In this document: positions 38,473 to 49,626 of the stretch, one piece after another
Position numbering within the stretch: the first letter of the stretch is position 1
How the letters are laid out: each line of letters begins with the position of its first letter
Source of the DNA: Deltaproteobacteria bacterium
GTDB lineage: Bacteria > Desulfobacterota > GWC2-55-46
Assembly (NCBI GenBank): GCA_016212705.1
Contig: JACREU010000070.1
Coordinates: 72,390-136,389, forward strand
Direction of reading: 5' to 3'
DNA length: 64,000 nt
Notes under the pieces: generated by a model
Databases searched by the model: none
What the model saw: the letters and a program-made list of their open reading frames with translations, nothing else
Told to the model about the DNA's origin: nothing
Made by a program: the position numbers and the translations under genes

Positions 38473-39048
38473 TTATTCCCTGATAATCTTTCTGTCCGGT
38501 TTGAGCGGCTGGCTTATATCTATATGCCCCTTTAGTGTCTCCGCCTTCTTTCCCTCTATGAGTATCTGGACCTCTTCGATCTCAGGGAAGTTGAGGGCCA
38601 CGGTGTTTACAATTGAGTATACCGTTAAAATCTCGCCTGTGGAGCCGCCGGGGTGGTCCTCTGAGACCTCCTTGCTGAGATCGACTGAGGCGGAGCGTTG
38701 TTTTATGTTGACCCGGAGCACCCTTGTGGACTCCGGGATGGTGCCTTCGCCGTCCCTGATCGCCGTCCTTAGGGCTTCGCGCACCTCGCTCTCCACGGAC
38801 CCGTCAGGTATCAGCGTTTTTTTTGGCGCGAGGCGCTCTCCTTCATCGTCGGCGATATATACGAGGATCTCTTTCGTTGGCCTCTCCCAGGGGGCTCTCC
38901 CGCTGTATACGGATATGAGTACGAGCCCGGCCACTATGGTAATGACCGCCGCGATGGCTACCGTAAGCGCGCCAGAGCCTTTGCCGGTCCGTTTCTTCTT
39001 CGGCTTCGGCCTGTCTTTTCCCTTTTCAGGTCTCTTTTTTTTAGCCAT
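38473..39048 (-). CDS. GerMN domain-containing membrane-anchored protein
   Basis: K/R-rich N-terminus plus one TM helix. GerMN-like region (ILVYIADDEGERLAPKKTLIP...VLRVNIKQRSASVDLSKE...VYSIVNTVALNFPEIEEVQILIEG). Confidence 0.6.
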   Translation of the reverse strand: MAKKKRPEKGKDRPKPKKKRTGKGSGALTVAIAAVITIVAGLVLISVYSGRAPWERPTKEILVYIADDEGERLAPKKTLIPDGSVESEVREALRTAIRDGEGTIPESTRVLRVNIKQRSASVDLSKEVSEDHPGGSTGEILTVYSIVNTVALNFPEIEEVQILIEGKKAETLKGHIDISQPLKPDRKIIRE

Positions 39049-39056
39049 GTCAGGTT

Positions 39057-39860
39057 TTACAGGCCTTCAATGTTGGCAAGCTCCGCGCGTTCAAGCCCCT
39101 CTCCGTAGAACCTCCTGCCGACTGCGAGGAACCGCTCTGGAGAGTCGGTCACGAAGAAGCTGTGCGTGGTATTCGCTCCGCTATTCAAGAGCGCCTTTTC
39201 CGAGAGTATGCGTTTAACCTCAACGGCGGTCGCCTCTGCCGAGTCTATCAGGCGGACGGACGCGCCCATGACCCTTGAGATGATATCCTTAAGGAGCGGG
39301 TAATGCGTGCAACCGAGGACGAGCGTGTCGACGCCGGAGTTTTTCAAGTCCAGCAGATACCTCTCGGCGACAAGCATGGTTACATCGTCTTCGTTCCAGC
39401 CCTCCTCGACGAGCGGCACGAAGAGAGGGCATGCCTTTACGAACGTCTCGACGGACGGGTCTATCATTTTTATAGCGGAGGCGTAAGCCCCGCTCCTGAT
39501 AGTGCCTTCGGTCCCGATGACCCCTATGCGCTTATTCCTCGTGGCCGAAACGGCCGCCTTTGCGCCGGGCTCGATGACGCCGAGGACCGGGATGCCGAGT
39601 TTCAGCGTGAGCTTCGGCACCGCAAGCGCCGAAGCCGTGTTGCACGCCGCCACGAGGAACTTTATGTCGTGCCTCATAAGGAACGAGGCGACCTCGAACG
39701 AGTACCGCTCAATCGTCTCCTTCGACTTCGACCCGTAGGGGACGCGCGCCGTGTCGCCGAGATAAATGGTGTTCTCGTCTGGCAGGAGCCTCGTTATCTC
39801 CCGGAGGACCGTCAGGCCCCCGATGCCGGAATCGAATACCCCTATGGGGTTTTTAGTCAT
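39057..39860 (-). CDS. murI: glutamate racemase
   Basis: VFDSGIGGLTVL and two catalytic Cys regions (AACNTAS, LGCTHYP). Confidence 0.88.
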   Translation of the reverse strand: MTKNPIGVFDSGIGGLTVLREITRLLPDENTIYLGDTARVPYGSKSKETIERYSFEVASFLMRHDIKFLVAACNTASALAVPKLTLKLGIPVLGVIEPGAKAAVSATRNKRIGVIGTEGTIRSGAYASAIKMIDPSVETFVKACPLFVPLVEEGWNEDDVTMLVAERYLLDLKNSGVDTLVLGCTHYPLLKDIISRVMGASVRLIDSAEATAVEVKRILSEKALLNSGANTTHSFFVTDSPERFLAVGRRFYGEGLERAELANIEGL

Positions 39861-40000
39861 CTTAGAAGGACCCGAGTGGACTTTTGCAATACTTGAGTGT
39901 ATGTAATTACCGGGTGCGATGTCAACCTTTTCGCAGGAGACGGAAAAACCCGTTTATTATATAATTAACGCATGAAAACTGCAAAGGAAAGGGAGAGGCC

Positions 40001-41740
40001 GTGGAGAACCCTGAGATAGCGCGCGTGTTCCATGAGATAGCCGACCTCCTTGAGATAAAGGGCGGGGATTTATTCAGGGTCCGCTCATACAGGAACGCCG
40101 CGTTAATTATTGACGGACTCGAAGAGCCGCTCCGCTCGCTCTATGGAAAAAACGGCGTGGAAGGCCTGAAACACATACCCGGCATAGGGGAATCGACCCG
40201 TTCAAAGGTCGTCGAGATGCTCGCAACCGGCTATTGCGCCTACCACGACGAGCTCCTGAGAGAGATACCGGCGGGTATGCTCGATATGATAAAGGTCGCG
40301 TCGCTCGGCCCGAGGAAAGCGGCCATACTCCACAAGGTACTCGGCGTCTCCTCCATTGACGGGCTTGAGAGGGCGGCCAGAGAGGGGAGGATACGGGACC
40401 TCCCGGGATTCGGAGAAGTGAGTGAGAGAAAGATATTGAAGGGGATAGAGGCATTGAGATTGATATCGGGCAAGTGGAAGATATCTACCGCCCTTCGCTG
40501 CGGGGAGGCCTTCAGGGACTACCTGAAGGCCGTACCCGGAATATTCGAAATAGTCTTGTCAGGGAGCCTCCGCAGGTGGAAGGAGGAGGTCGGGGACCTC
40601 GATATCCTCGCCACCTGCAAGGACCCGGAGGCAGTGATGGATAGGTTTCTAACGCACCCGGAGATAAAGGACGTGCTCGCAAAAGGCAAGACGAAGTCCA
40701 CGGTGGCGCTTAAGTCAGGACTTCAGGTCGATCTCCGCGCGCTGGATAAAAAGTCTTTCGGCGCGGCGCTACAGTATTTTACCGGGTCCAAGGCGCATAA
40801 CGTCGCCATACGAGACAGGGCAAAAAGGATGGGGCTTAAGGTGAGCGAGTACGGGGTATTTAATTCCGCGACCGGCAAGCGGGTGGCCGGGAGTAAGGAA
40901 GAGGACGTCTACAAGGCCGTGGGGCTCCCGTGGATCCCGCCGGAACTCCGTGAGATGAAGGGCGAGATAGAGGCCGCCCTTGAGGGGAGGCTCCCTGAGC
41001 CGCTCCTACCGGAGGAGATCAGGGGCGACCTCCATGTACACACGGATGAGAGCGACGGTGGCTCCACGCTCGACGCCATGGCAGAGGCGGCTATTAGTAT
41101 GGGCTACGAGTACATCGCCGTCACCGACCACTCTAAGGCGGTGGGCATAGCCCACGGGCTCGACGAGGCGCGGATACTCGCGCAGATGGCGTATGTGGAC
41201 GAATTCAACAAACACCTGAAGAAAAAGGGGGAGAGGTTCAGGGTCCTGAAGGGGAGCGAGGTAGACATAAGGGGAGACGGGACGCTCGACCATTCGGAAA
41301 AGGTGCTTGGCGCCCTCGACTGCGTCGTAGCGGCGGTCCATTCAGGCTTCGGAATGAAGAAGGGGGAGATGACCGCGAGGATTATAAAGGCCGTTCAAAC
41401 CGGCCTCGTGAACATCCTCGCCCACCCGACCGGGAGGCTCTTGGGCGAGAGGGGACCTTACGAAGTAGATATGGAAGCTGTCATGGATGAGGCGAAGAAA
41501 CACAACGTCGCCCTTGAACTGAACTCCTGCCCGGAGAGGCTCGACCTTAACGACATACACCTGAGGCTCGCAAAGGACAAGGGCGTCAAGATAGCCATTT
41601 CCACCGACGCGCATTCGATAAACCATCTTCAGAATATCGTCTACGGCATACACGCGGCCAGAAGGGGGTGGATAGAGAAGAAGGACGTGATAAACACGTT
41701 GCCGTTGAAGGGGCTGATGAGGTTCCTCAAGAAGGGGTAG
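40001..41740 (+). CDS. polX: DNA polymerase X family protein with C-terminal PHP 3'-5' exonuclease domain
   Basis: HhH motifs ([12 protein letters not shown]), Pol-beta-like nucleotidyltransferase [17 protein letters not shown]-terminal PHP domain (HVHTDESDG...). GTG start. Confidence 0.85.
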   Translation: MENPEIARVFHEIADLLEIKGGDLFRVRSYRNAALIIDGLEEPLRSLYGKNGVEGLKHIPGIGESTRSKVVEMLATGYCAYHDELLREIPAGMLDMIKVASLGPRKAAILHKVLGVSSIDGLERAAREGRIRDLPGFGEVSERKILKGIEALRLISGKWKISTALRCGEAFRDYLKAVPGIFEIVLSGSLRRWKEEVGDLDILATCKDPEAVMDRFLTHPEIKDVLAKGKTKSTVALKSGLQVDLRALDKKSFGAALQYFTGSKAHNVAIRDRAKRMGLKVSEYGVFNSATGKRVAGSKEEDVYKAVGLPWIPPELREMKGEIEAALEGRLPEPLLPEEIRGDLHVHTDESDGGSTLDAMAEAAISMGYEYIAVTDHSKAVGIAHGLDEARILAQMAYVDEFNKHLKKKGERFRVLKGSEVDIRGDGTLDHSEKVLGALDCVVAAVHSGFGMKKGEMTARIIKAVQTGLVNILAHPTGRLLGERGPYEVDMEAVMDEAKKHNVALELNSCPERLDLNDIHLRLAKDKGVKIAISTDAHSINHLQNIVYGIHAARRGWIEKKDVINTLPLKGLMRFLKKG

Positions 41741-41794
41741 GGAGGTATTCGCGGAAGCCGGTTGTGTTAGCGAAGCGTGCCCCGACAAAATATT

Positions 41795-41968
41795 TTTTGG
41801 CAAAAGCCCTTTTGCGCGCACTGCGCGCTTTTGGGCATAGGATTCGCTTGCTTTCTACCTCCCCCACCCGCTCGCTCGCGCTACGCGCTTCGTGACAATC
41901 CACCCAGGCTCGCCCGTCTCTGCCTCCCTTAGGCTTCGCTCACCTATGCCCTGGGTTTTTGAAAAAAA
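41795..41968. repeat. structured intergenic repeat, copy 1 (imperfect long palindrome with GGGCATAGG / CCTATGCCC termini, ends in T-run)
   Basis: Shares GGCATrGGrATTC...CCTCCCCCwCCCGCTCG...CCTCyTAGGsC...GCTCACCyATGCCCTGG-Tn-An blocks with the copy at 51193-51390. Lies between convergent gene ends. Confidence 0.5.
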
Positions 41969-42451
41969 CTACCCAGAACCCAACTTACGGGGCTGAAGAA
42001 CCGAGACGTGCAGATATCTCTCCACATCTTTGAAACGACCACCCTGTCTGTTTAAAGGCGGTTCCGCTACGGCAATAACCACACCCTCCATTATGTTTAG
42101 AATATTAGATAAGTTGTTCTGTTTATTTCTGGGTGGATCTGTTAAGGTATTGTTTTTCTTTACGATGCTAAAACCAAACCAGGAAAAAGAATCCCATCTA
42201 CCAGCCAAATCATCTTGTGTGTGTTGTCGGAGTCTGCTACCTAATCTATTTCCTTTTCCTCCAGTCTGTCCAATATAAACCAATCGATAGTCTGCATATA
42301 AAGCGTAAATACCCACCTGTTCCCAAAAATCAACATCTCCACTCTTTTTTGCTGTGCTTAATTTTCCCGATAAGCTACCTTTCTTGCCCTTCCCTTTAGC
42401 GCCGAAATTAACATCTTCGCGCTTCCAAAAAAGCCCCATGTTTTTGATCAT
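41969..42451 (-). CDS. GIY-YIG nuclease family protein
   Basis: GIYALYADYRLVYIGQT (GIY-N10-YIG) and a downstream R...H..D region. Local GC is visibly lower than surroundings. Confidence 0.65.
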   Translation of the reverse strand: MIKNMGLFWKREDVNFGAKGKGKKGSLSGKLSTAKKSGDVDFWEQVGIYALYADYRLVYIGQTGGKGNRLGSRLRQHTQDDLAGRWDSFSWFGFSIVKKNNTLTDPPRNKQNNLSNILNIMEGVVIAVAEPPLNRQGGRFKDVERYLHVSVLQPRKLGSG

Positions 42452-42655
42452 TAACCCTCCTCAAGCTACACTTTGTCTGTTCAGAAGGCAGGTTGGGTTA
42501 GCAAAGCGTAACCCAATATCAAAGAGCGCAAACGGCTCTGTCTGAATTTTCAAAGGTGCGCTGAATGAATTCTGAAAAATATATGTCTTTATTGGTGGTA
42601 CTGACAAGCCTGCTCGTCTGCGGCCCCGCGTTCCAAAGCGCTATCGCTCAATCCT

Positions 42656-43993
42656 CTACACCGCAGTTATGGTATTCGTCTTTCTGGGGCTCTCCAGCGA
42701 CTCGACCTTGACCTTGATTATGCGGTTAAGCTCCACGTCCACTATCGTGAACCTCTGGCCCTGGTAGATGACGAATTCGCCGCCCCTCGGTATCCTCTGG
42801 AGTTTCGCGAGCATGAACCCCGCGAGCGTGTGGTACTCCTCCTCGGTCTCCTCGTCTATTACGACGCCGAGGTCCTCAAGGTCCCTGATGGAGGCCGAGG
42901 CGTCTATGACCATCGTGCCGTCGCGTAGTTTCTCCACGAGCCCGCCCTTGTCGGTATCGTACTCGTCCTCTATCTCTCCGACTATCTCTTCCAGGATGTC
43001 CTCGATAGTCACGAGCCCGTCGACGTCGCCGTGCTCGTCAACGACGACGGCCATGTGGACCTTCCGCCTCTGCATCTCGCGGAGCAACCTGCTTATCATG
43101 ATCGAGTTCGGGACAAAGTACGGGGTGCGGAGCAGGTCCTTAAGGACTATCGGCCTGCCCTGCTCCATGGCCCTGAAGAGGTCTTTGTTATAGAGGATGC
43201 CTACTACACGCTCAAGCGTCTCCCTGTATACAGGGTACCTCGAAAACCCCGTCTCCGAGATGTACTTCAACGACTGCTCAGGTGGCATGTTCACTTCAAT
43301 TGCGCTAAACTTGTGCTTCGGGACCATGACCTCCTTTACGGTCGTGTCCGCGAACTCGAATACGCCGTGGAGGAGGTCGGCCTCGGTCTCCTCGAAAATG
43401 CCCGTCTCCCTGCCTTCCTGTATGAAGAACTTTATCTCCTCTTCAGAGATAAATACCCGCTTGTCCGGCTCCTTCACGTTAAGGAGCTTCAGCACCCCCT
43501 TGTTGGAGGCGGTAAGTATCCTTATGAAGAAGGACGAAAATTGAGAGAGGAGGTTCAAGGGGCGCGCCGAAAAACACGCTATCCTCTCGGCGTAGCGCAG
43601 AGCCAAAGACTTCGGCACGAGCTCGCCGATTACGAGGGTTGCGTACGATATCACTACGACAACGACGCCGAGTGATACGAACTCCGAGAACTCCTGCAGA
43701 GGCCCGAAGGGAATAGCCGCGAAGACGGGCCTTAAGTGCGAGGCCGCGGTGTAGCCGCCTATGACAGAGGCGAGCGTGCCGACTACGGTCACGCCCACCT
43801 GGACTGTCGCGAGGAACCTGTCCGGGTCGTCCTTCATCCGGTTTACGACCCCGGCGGAGATGTTGCCGTCCTTTGCGAGTTTTTCAAGCGCCGACCTCTT
43901 GGCGGAGATTATCGCAATCTCCGCGCCTGAGAAAAAGCCGTTCAGGAGTATTAAAACAACAACGATTATAACCTCGAATATAAGGCCTTCCAA
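42656..43993 (-). CDS. HlyC/CorC (CNNM) family transporter: DUF21 + CBS pair + CorC_HlyC domain
   Basis: Four N-terminal TM helices, tandem CBS domains, C-terminal transporter-associated domain. Confidence 0.85.
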   Translation of the reverse strand: MEGLIFEVIIVVVLILLNGFFSGAEIAIISAKRSALEKLAKDGNISAGVVNRMKDDPDRFLATVQVGVTVVGTLASVIGGYTAASHLRPVFAAIPFGPLQEFSEFVSLGVVVVVISYATLVIGELVPKSLALRYAERIACFSARPLNLLSQFSSFFIRILTASNKGVLKLLNVKEPDKRVFISEEEIKFFIQEGRETGIFEETEADLLHGVFEFADTTVKEVMVPKHKFSAIEVNMPPEQSLKYISETGFSRYPVYRETLERVVGILYNKDLFRAMEQGRPIVLKDLLRTPYFVPNSIMISRLLREMQRRKVHMAVVVDEHGDVDGLVTIEDILEEIVGEIEDEYDTDKGGLVEKLRDGTMVIDASASIRDLEDLGVVIDEETEEEYHTLAGFMLAKLQRIPRGGEFVIYQGQRFTIVDVELNRIIKVKVESLESPRKTNTITAV

Positions 43994-44167
43994 AGATACC
44001 AGTCCTCCAGGGCGCGGGCTAAATACCCGTGCGCACCTTAAAATTTATAATGTGATTTAAAATTGAAAGTTTATTGGAAAAGGCCTGGGTATAAGGTATG
44101 GGATTATCTCGTCGCATCGATAAAATAGTATATCACAAAAGGAATCTTTTAATCAACAGGTGAAGAG

Positions 44168-44200
44168 AGCAGGTTGCCCTCCGAAGGAGGGCAACCTGCT
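44168..44200 (-). terminator. 15-bp perfect hairpin downstream of eno (terminator candidate)
   Basis: AGCAGGTTGCCCTCC-GAA-GGAGGGCAACCTGCT lies 16 nt after the eno stop. No clear U-tract. Confidence 0.4.
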
Positions 44201-44215
44201 GATTTAATTCATTTT

Positions 44216-45505
<1,290 letters not shown>

Positions 45506-45705
45506 TCAAGCATCAGTGGAATTTAGCGGATATAAGGTCTGGAAAGGATAAAGAGCATTAATTATACTTTTGGAGATGAAAAATGCAAGGCAAAACACTC
45601 GGCAATACCGCCAAGGAATCCCTTGCGGAAACCAGGCACAAGGGATATCATTGATTTGCCGCATGTTTTTCCTTATAAGAGTGCGGGATTCCGCCGAAAT
45701 ACATA

Positions 45706-47331
45706 TTGGGGGCCATGTCCACCTTATCCATATTAAGTCTCTTCGGCGGAGTTATGCTCATCCTCTACGGGATGAGGCTTGCGGGCGAGGGCCTTCAGCG
45801 GGCCGCGGGGGCGCGCCTCCGCAGTTTTCTCATTACAGCCACCTCCAACCGCTTCAAAAGTCTCGGCGCCGGCGCGGCTATAACCGCGCTCTTGCAGTCA
45901 TCGAGCGCTACAACCGTCATGCTCGTCGGCTTCGTCGGCTCAGGCCTCTTAGGCCTCGGGGAGACGATGGGCGTCATCCTCGGCGCCGACATCGGGACGA
46001 CCCTCACGGTCCAGATAATCGCCTTCAGGGTCTACGACTACGCGATAGCCGTAATCGGCGCAGGCATACTCATCAGATACATCGGCAGGCGCGGCCCGGC
46101 AAAGGACCTGGGGCAGGCGATACTCGGCTTCGGGTTCGTGTTTTTCGCGCTAAAGACCCTCACGGAGACGTTTGAGCCTATAGCCAGAAACCCGCTCTGG
46201 ACCGAGATACTCTTAAGCTTAAGCCGGGACCCATTCGCCGGGATAATAGTGACCGCGCTATTGACGGCACTCCTCCATTCGAGCGCGGCTACGCTCGGCC
46301 TTGCCATCACGTTCGCGCACGCTGGGTTATTGACGCTGGATTCCGCCATGCCGATAGTATTGGGTGCGAACATCGGCACGAGTGTGAGCGCCATAGTCTC
46401 GTCATTTGGGGCCAACATCGACGCCAGAAGGGTCGCAATAGCCCATGTCCTCTTCAAGGTGCTGGGCGTTGTCATAGTAATACCCGTTCTCGGCGTGTTT
46501 ACGCACCTCGTCGGCCTTTCCACGCCGGACCTCGCCAGGCAGATAGCTAACGCGCACACCTTCTTTAATATCGCCATCGCGCTTTTATTCCTCCCCTTTA
46601 CCGGGCCTTTTACCAACTTCGTAAAGATACTCCTTCCAGAGAGGGAGGAAAAGAAACGGTTCGGGCCCAAGTATCTCGACCCGATGGTCCTCGCTTCACC
46701 CACGCTCGCGCTCGTACAGGCGTCGAGGGAGACCCTGAGGGCCTCAGACATAGTCGGCGAGATGCTCAAAAAGTCGATTGAGGTGTTCGAGAGGAACGAC
46801 CTCGACCTACTTGAGTCGATTGAGGAGAGGGACGACGACGTCGACCTCCTCGACCGGGAGGTGAAGCTCTATCTCACAAAGCTCTCCAAAGAGAGCCTCT
46901 CGGATGAGCAGGCGAGGAGAGAGCTCGAGATAATGCTCTTCTCCGACAACATCGAGAACATAGGCGACGTAATAGACAAGAACATCATGGACCTCGCCCG
47001 TAAAAAGATAAAGGGGGGTCTCTCTTTCTCGAAGGAGGGGATGGACGAGATACGCCTCCTCCACCAGAAGGTCATGGAGAACTTCGAGACCGGGGTAGCG
47101 GCGTTCGCCGGGGGCGACGGGGAGCTTGCAAGGAAGCTTTTGAGCCACAAGGCGAAGATATCCGAGCTCGAAAGGGAGCTCCGGCAGGCCCACATAAACA
47201 GGCTCCACAAGGGGCTCAAGGAATCCATCGACACGAGCGCCATACACTTGGACGTCCTCACTAACCTCAAGAGGATAAACTCCTACATCTCCAACGCGGC
47301 ATATCCCATCCTTGAAAAGGAGAAGGAATAG
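45706..47331 (+). CDS. Na+/phosphate cotransporter family protein with C-terminal PhoU-like domains
   Basis: Duplicated Na/Pi-II transporter repeats (LLQSSSATTVMLVGF, LLHSSAATLGLAITFA) plus a PhoU-like helical C-terminus. Confidence 0.85.
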   Translation: MGAMSTLSILSLFGGVMLILYGMRLAGEGLQRAAGARLRSFLITATSNRFKSLGAGAAITALLQSSSATTVMLVGFVGSGLLGLGETMGVILGADIGTTLTVQIIAFRVYDYAIAVIGAGILIRYIGRRGPAKDLGQAILGFGFVFFALKTLTETFEPIARNPLWTEILLSLSRDPFAGIIVTALLTALLHSSAATLGLAITFAHAGLLTLDSAMPIVLGANIGTSVSAIVSSFGANIDARRVAIAHVLFKVLGVVIVIPVLGVFTHLVGLSTPDLARQIANAHTFFNIAIALLFLPFTGPFTNFVKILLPEREEKKRFGPKYLDPMVLASPTLALVQASRETLRASDIVGEMLKKSIEVFERNDLDLLESIEERDDDVDLLDREVKLYLTKLSKESLSDEQARRELEIMLFSDNIENIGDVIDKNIMDLARKKIKGGLSFSKEGMDEIRLLHQKVMENFETGVAAFAGGDGELARKLLSHKAKISELERELRQAHINRLHKGLKESIDTSAIHLDVLTNLKRINSYISNAAYPILEKEKE

Positions 47332-47339
47332 GCGTCAAG

Positions 47340-47367
47340 TTGCAAATCCGGCGGATGAGGATATAAT
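47340..47367 (+). promoter_or_regulatory. sigma-70 type promoter
   Basis: TTGCAA-N16-TATAAT. A T9 tract follows at 47396-47404, before the ATG at 47422. Confidence 0.45.
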
Positions 47368-47421
47368 CCTTTAATGGATGCTTCGTCCGATTGGCTTTTT
47401 TTTTCGCGCCGGGTCAGGTAA

Positions 47422-48045
47422 ATGCTCCTCGGTCTTTTTTTTTTGATAGCTTCGGTGACTACCGGGGACGAGGCTCTTATTAAGGCCTCCGAGGCGTTTG
47501 CCCGGCTTGATACCTATACCGTTACCATCAAGTCCGAGGGCACGGCGAGGGAGGAGATAAGGTACTTCTTCAGGAAGCCCGGCTGGATAAGGATGGAGTT
47601 TGAGGAGCCACACAGGGGGGCGGTCCTTGTATATAACCCGGATTTGAAGCGCGTGAAGCTCCGCCCGTTCGCATTTTTCAAATACCTCGTAATGGACCTC
47701 TCCCCTGAAGACAGGCTTATAAGGAGCTCGAAGGGGCACACGGTGGATAAGTCTCACATCGGGGCCCTCCTTGAAAATGTCGAGTCATTAAAGGACGCAG
47801 GCGAGGCGAGGCTCATGGGGCAAGAGTCTCTCAACGGCAGGGACACGGTCGTTCTGGAAGTAACCGGCAAAGAGGGAAAAGAGGTTAACGGCGTCCACAG
47901 ATACGTCATCTGGCTCGATAACAGGCTTTTCCTTCCGATAAAGATCTCGTCCTACGCCCTTGGCGGAGTAAAAACAGAAGACGTCGACATGACGGACATC
48001 GAGGCCGGCTCATATCTGCCGATGGACCTTTTTGACTTCAAGTAA
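47422..48045 (+). CDS. secreted LolA-like / lipoprotein-sorting-fold hypothetical protein
   Basis: Signal peptide MLLGLFFLIASV; weak LolA-like beta-barrel pattern. T10 homopolymer at 47433-47442 within codons 4-7. Confidence 0.4.
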   Translation: MLLGLFFLIASVTTGDEALIKASEAFARLDTYTVTIKSEGTAREEIRYFFRKPGWIRMEFEEPHRGAVLVYNPDLKRVKLRPFAFFKYLVMDLSPEDRLIRSSKGHTVDKSHIGALLENVESLKDAGEARLMGQESLNGRDTVVLEVTGKEGKEVNGVHRYVIWLDNRLFLPIKISSYALGGVKTEDVDMTDIEAGSYLPMDLFDFK

Positions 48046-48212
48046 CGCGACTCTGATAAACCCGTTAGGACTTGAGGAGGTCATGGGATGCGTCGGTTTT
48101 AATACAGAGACCCTTCCGGGAGAGGCCTTGTTGAATCGAGCAGTCCCCGCCTTTCATCGCGCGCCCCGTTCCAGGGGGGCGTTATTCACACGGCAGACAC
48201 GAAAGAGGTTTT

Positions 48213-49598
48213 ATGAAGAGATACGATTGCCTTGTCATAGGCTCTGGCCCAGGCGGCCAGAAGGCGGCGATACAGGCGGCCAAGCTCGGTAAGAAGGTCG
48301 CGATAATCGAGCGGTCCCCCTACATCGGCGGCGCGGGCCTCCACACCGGGACGCTGCCGTCGAAGACGCTCAGAGAGACCGCGCTCTTCTTAACCGGCTT
48401 TAAGCAGAGGGCGGTCTTCGGCTTTCAGTTCACGCTCGGACGGGAAGTGACGCTCACCGAGCTCATGTACAAGAAGACCGAGGTCATAAGGAAGCAGATG
48501 GAGGTCATAATCGACCAGTTCAACAGGAACAACGTGGAGATAATCTACGGGGACGCGTCGTTCGTTGACGGACACACGCTTCTCGTCAAGGGTAGGACCG
48601 GAGCGGGAGAGGAGATCACAAGCGATTTTATCATAATAGCGACAGGTTCGAGGCCCGCGCGCCCATCTGACATACCCTTTGACTCCGAATATGTCTATGA
48701 CAGCGACACGATTTTGAGGCTCGACGCAATCCCGAGGAGCCTGACAATTGTCGGCGGCGGGATAATCGGGTGCGAGTACGCCTGCATCTTCGCCTCCCTC
48801 GGCGTCTCGGTGAACCTCGTTGAGAGGAAGGAGAGGCTCCTCGTGTTCGCCGACGAGGAGATAGTAAACAGCCTCATATACTGGATGAGGCACTCGGGCG
48901 TGACCTTGAGGCTCAAGGAAGAGGTCGTTAAGATTGCGACAGACGGCGAAAGGGTAGCCACGCACCTTAAAAGCGGAAAGCTCATATTGTCTGAAAAGCT
49001 CCTCTATACGATGGGAAGGGTAGGGAATACCGACAGCCTTAACCTGGACGCCGTAGGCATAAAGGCGGGGGAGAGGGGGCTTCTTAAGGTGGACAACGGG
49101 TTCAGGACCGTTGTCCCGCACATATACGCCATAGGCGACGTTATTGGGTTTCCCTCGCTCGCCTCGACTTCGATGGAGCAGGGCAGGCGCGCCGTATGCC
49201 ACGCCTTCGAGAAGGAAGGGCTTACCTGCGAGATCGCCGGCCACCTGCCCTTCGGCATATACACCATACCGGAGATATCTATGGCAGGCGAGACCGAGGA
49301 CAGCCTCTCTGAAAAGAGGGTCGCCTACGAGACCGGTTGCGCGTACTTTCACGAGGTCGCGCGCGGGCAGATAACGGGGGACGTCCACGGGATGCTTAAA
49401 CTCCTCTTCGACAGGGATACGAGGAGGCTTCTGGGCGTCCACATAATAGGGGAAAAGGCCTCAGAGCTCATCCACATAGGCCAGGCGGTGCTTAACTTCG
49501 GCGGCCCCATAGACTACTTCAAGGACGTCGTCTTTAATTACCCTACGCTATCTGAGGCTTATAAAGAGGCCGCTCTGAACGGCCTTAATAAACTTTGA
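48213..49598 (+). CDS. sthA: soluble pyridine nucleotide transhydrogenase-like FAD flavoprotein (SthA/UdhA family)
   Basis: YDCLVIGSGPGGQKAAIQAAKLGKKVAIIER...GGAGLHTGTLPSK closely parallels SthA. It lacks the CxxxxC redox disulfide of lipoamide dehydrogenase. Confidence 0.7.
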   Translation: MKRYDCLVIGSGPGGQKAAIQAAKLGKKVAIIERSPYIGGAGLHTGTLPSKTLRETALFLTGFKQRAVFGFQFTLGREVTLTELMYKKTEVIRKQMEVIIDQFNRNNVEIIYGDASFVDGHTLLVKGRTGAGEEITSDFIIIATGSRPARPSDIPFDSEYVYDSDTILRLDAIPRSLTIVGGGIIGCEYACIFASLGVSVNLVERKERLLVFADEEIVNSLIYWMRHSGVTLRLKEEVVKIATDGERVATHLKSGKLILSEKLLYTMGRVGNTDSLNLDAVGIKAGERGLLKVDNGFRTVVPHIYAIGDVIGFPSLASTSMEQGRRAVCHAFEKEGLTCEIAGHLPFGIYTIPEISMAGETEDSLSEKRVAYETGCAYFHEVARGQITGDVHGMLKLLFDRDTRRLLGVHIIGEKASELIHIGQAVLNFGGPIDYFKDVVFNYPTLSEAYKEAALNGLNKL

Positions 49599-49626
49599 AA
49601 GAATCCATTCGTAAAGGAGGCATGAA

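Noticed and set aside
42000-42650. Checked for CRISPR array or tRNA in the low-GC islet
   Set aside because: No direct repeats with regular spacing and no tRNA-like cloverleaf or CCA motifs. Only a single GIY-YIG ORF and one inverted repeat.
45570-46175. 201-aa + strand ORF upstream of or overlapping the Na/Pi transporter
   Set aside because: Arg/His-rich low-complexity translation. It overlaps the real transporter start in another frame and lies in the divergent promoter region.
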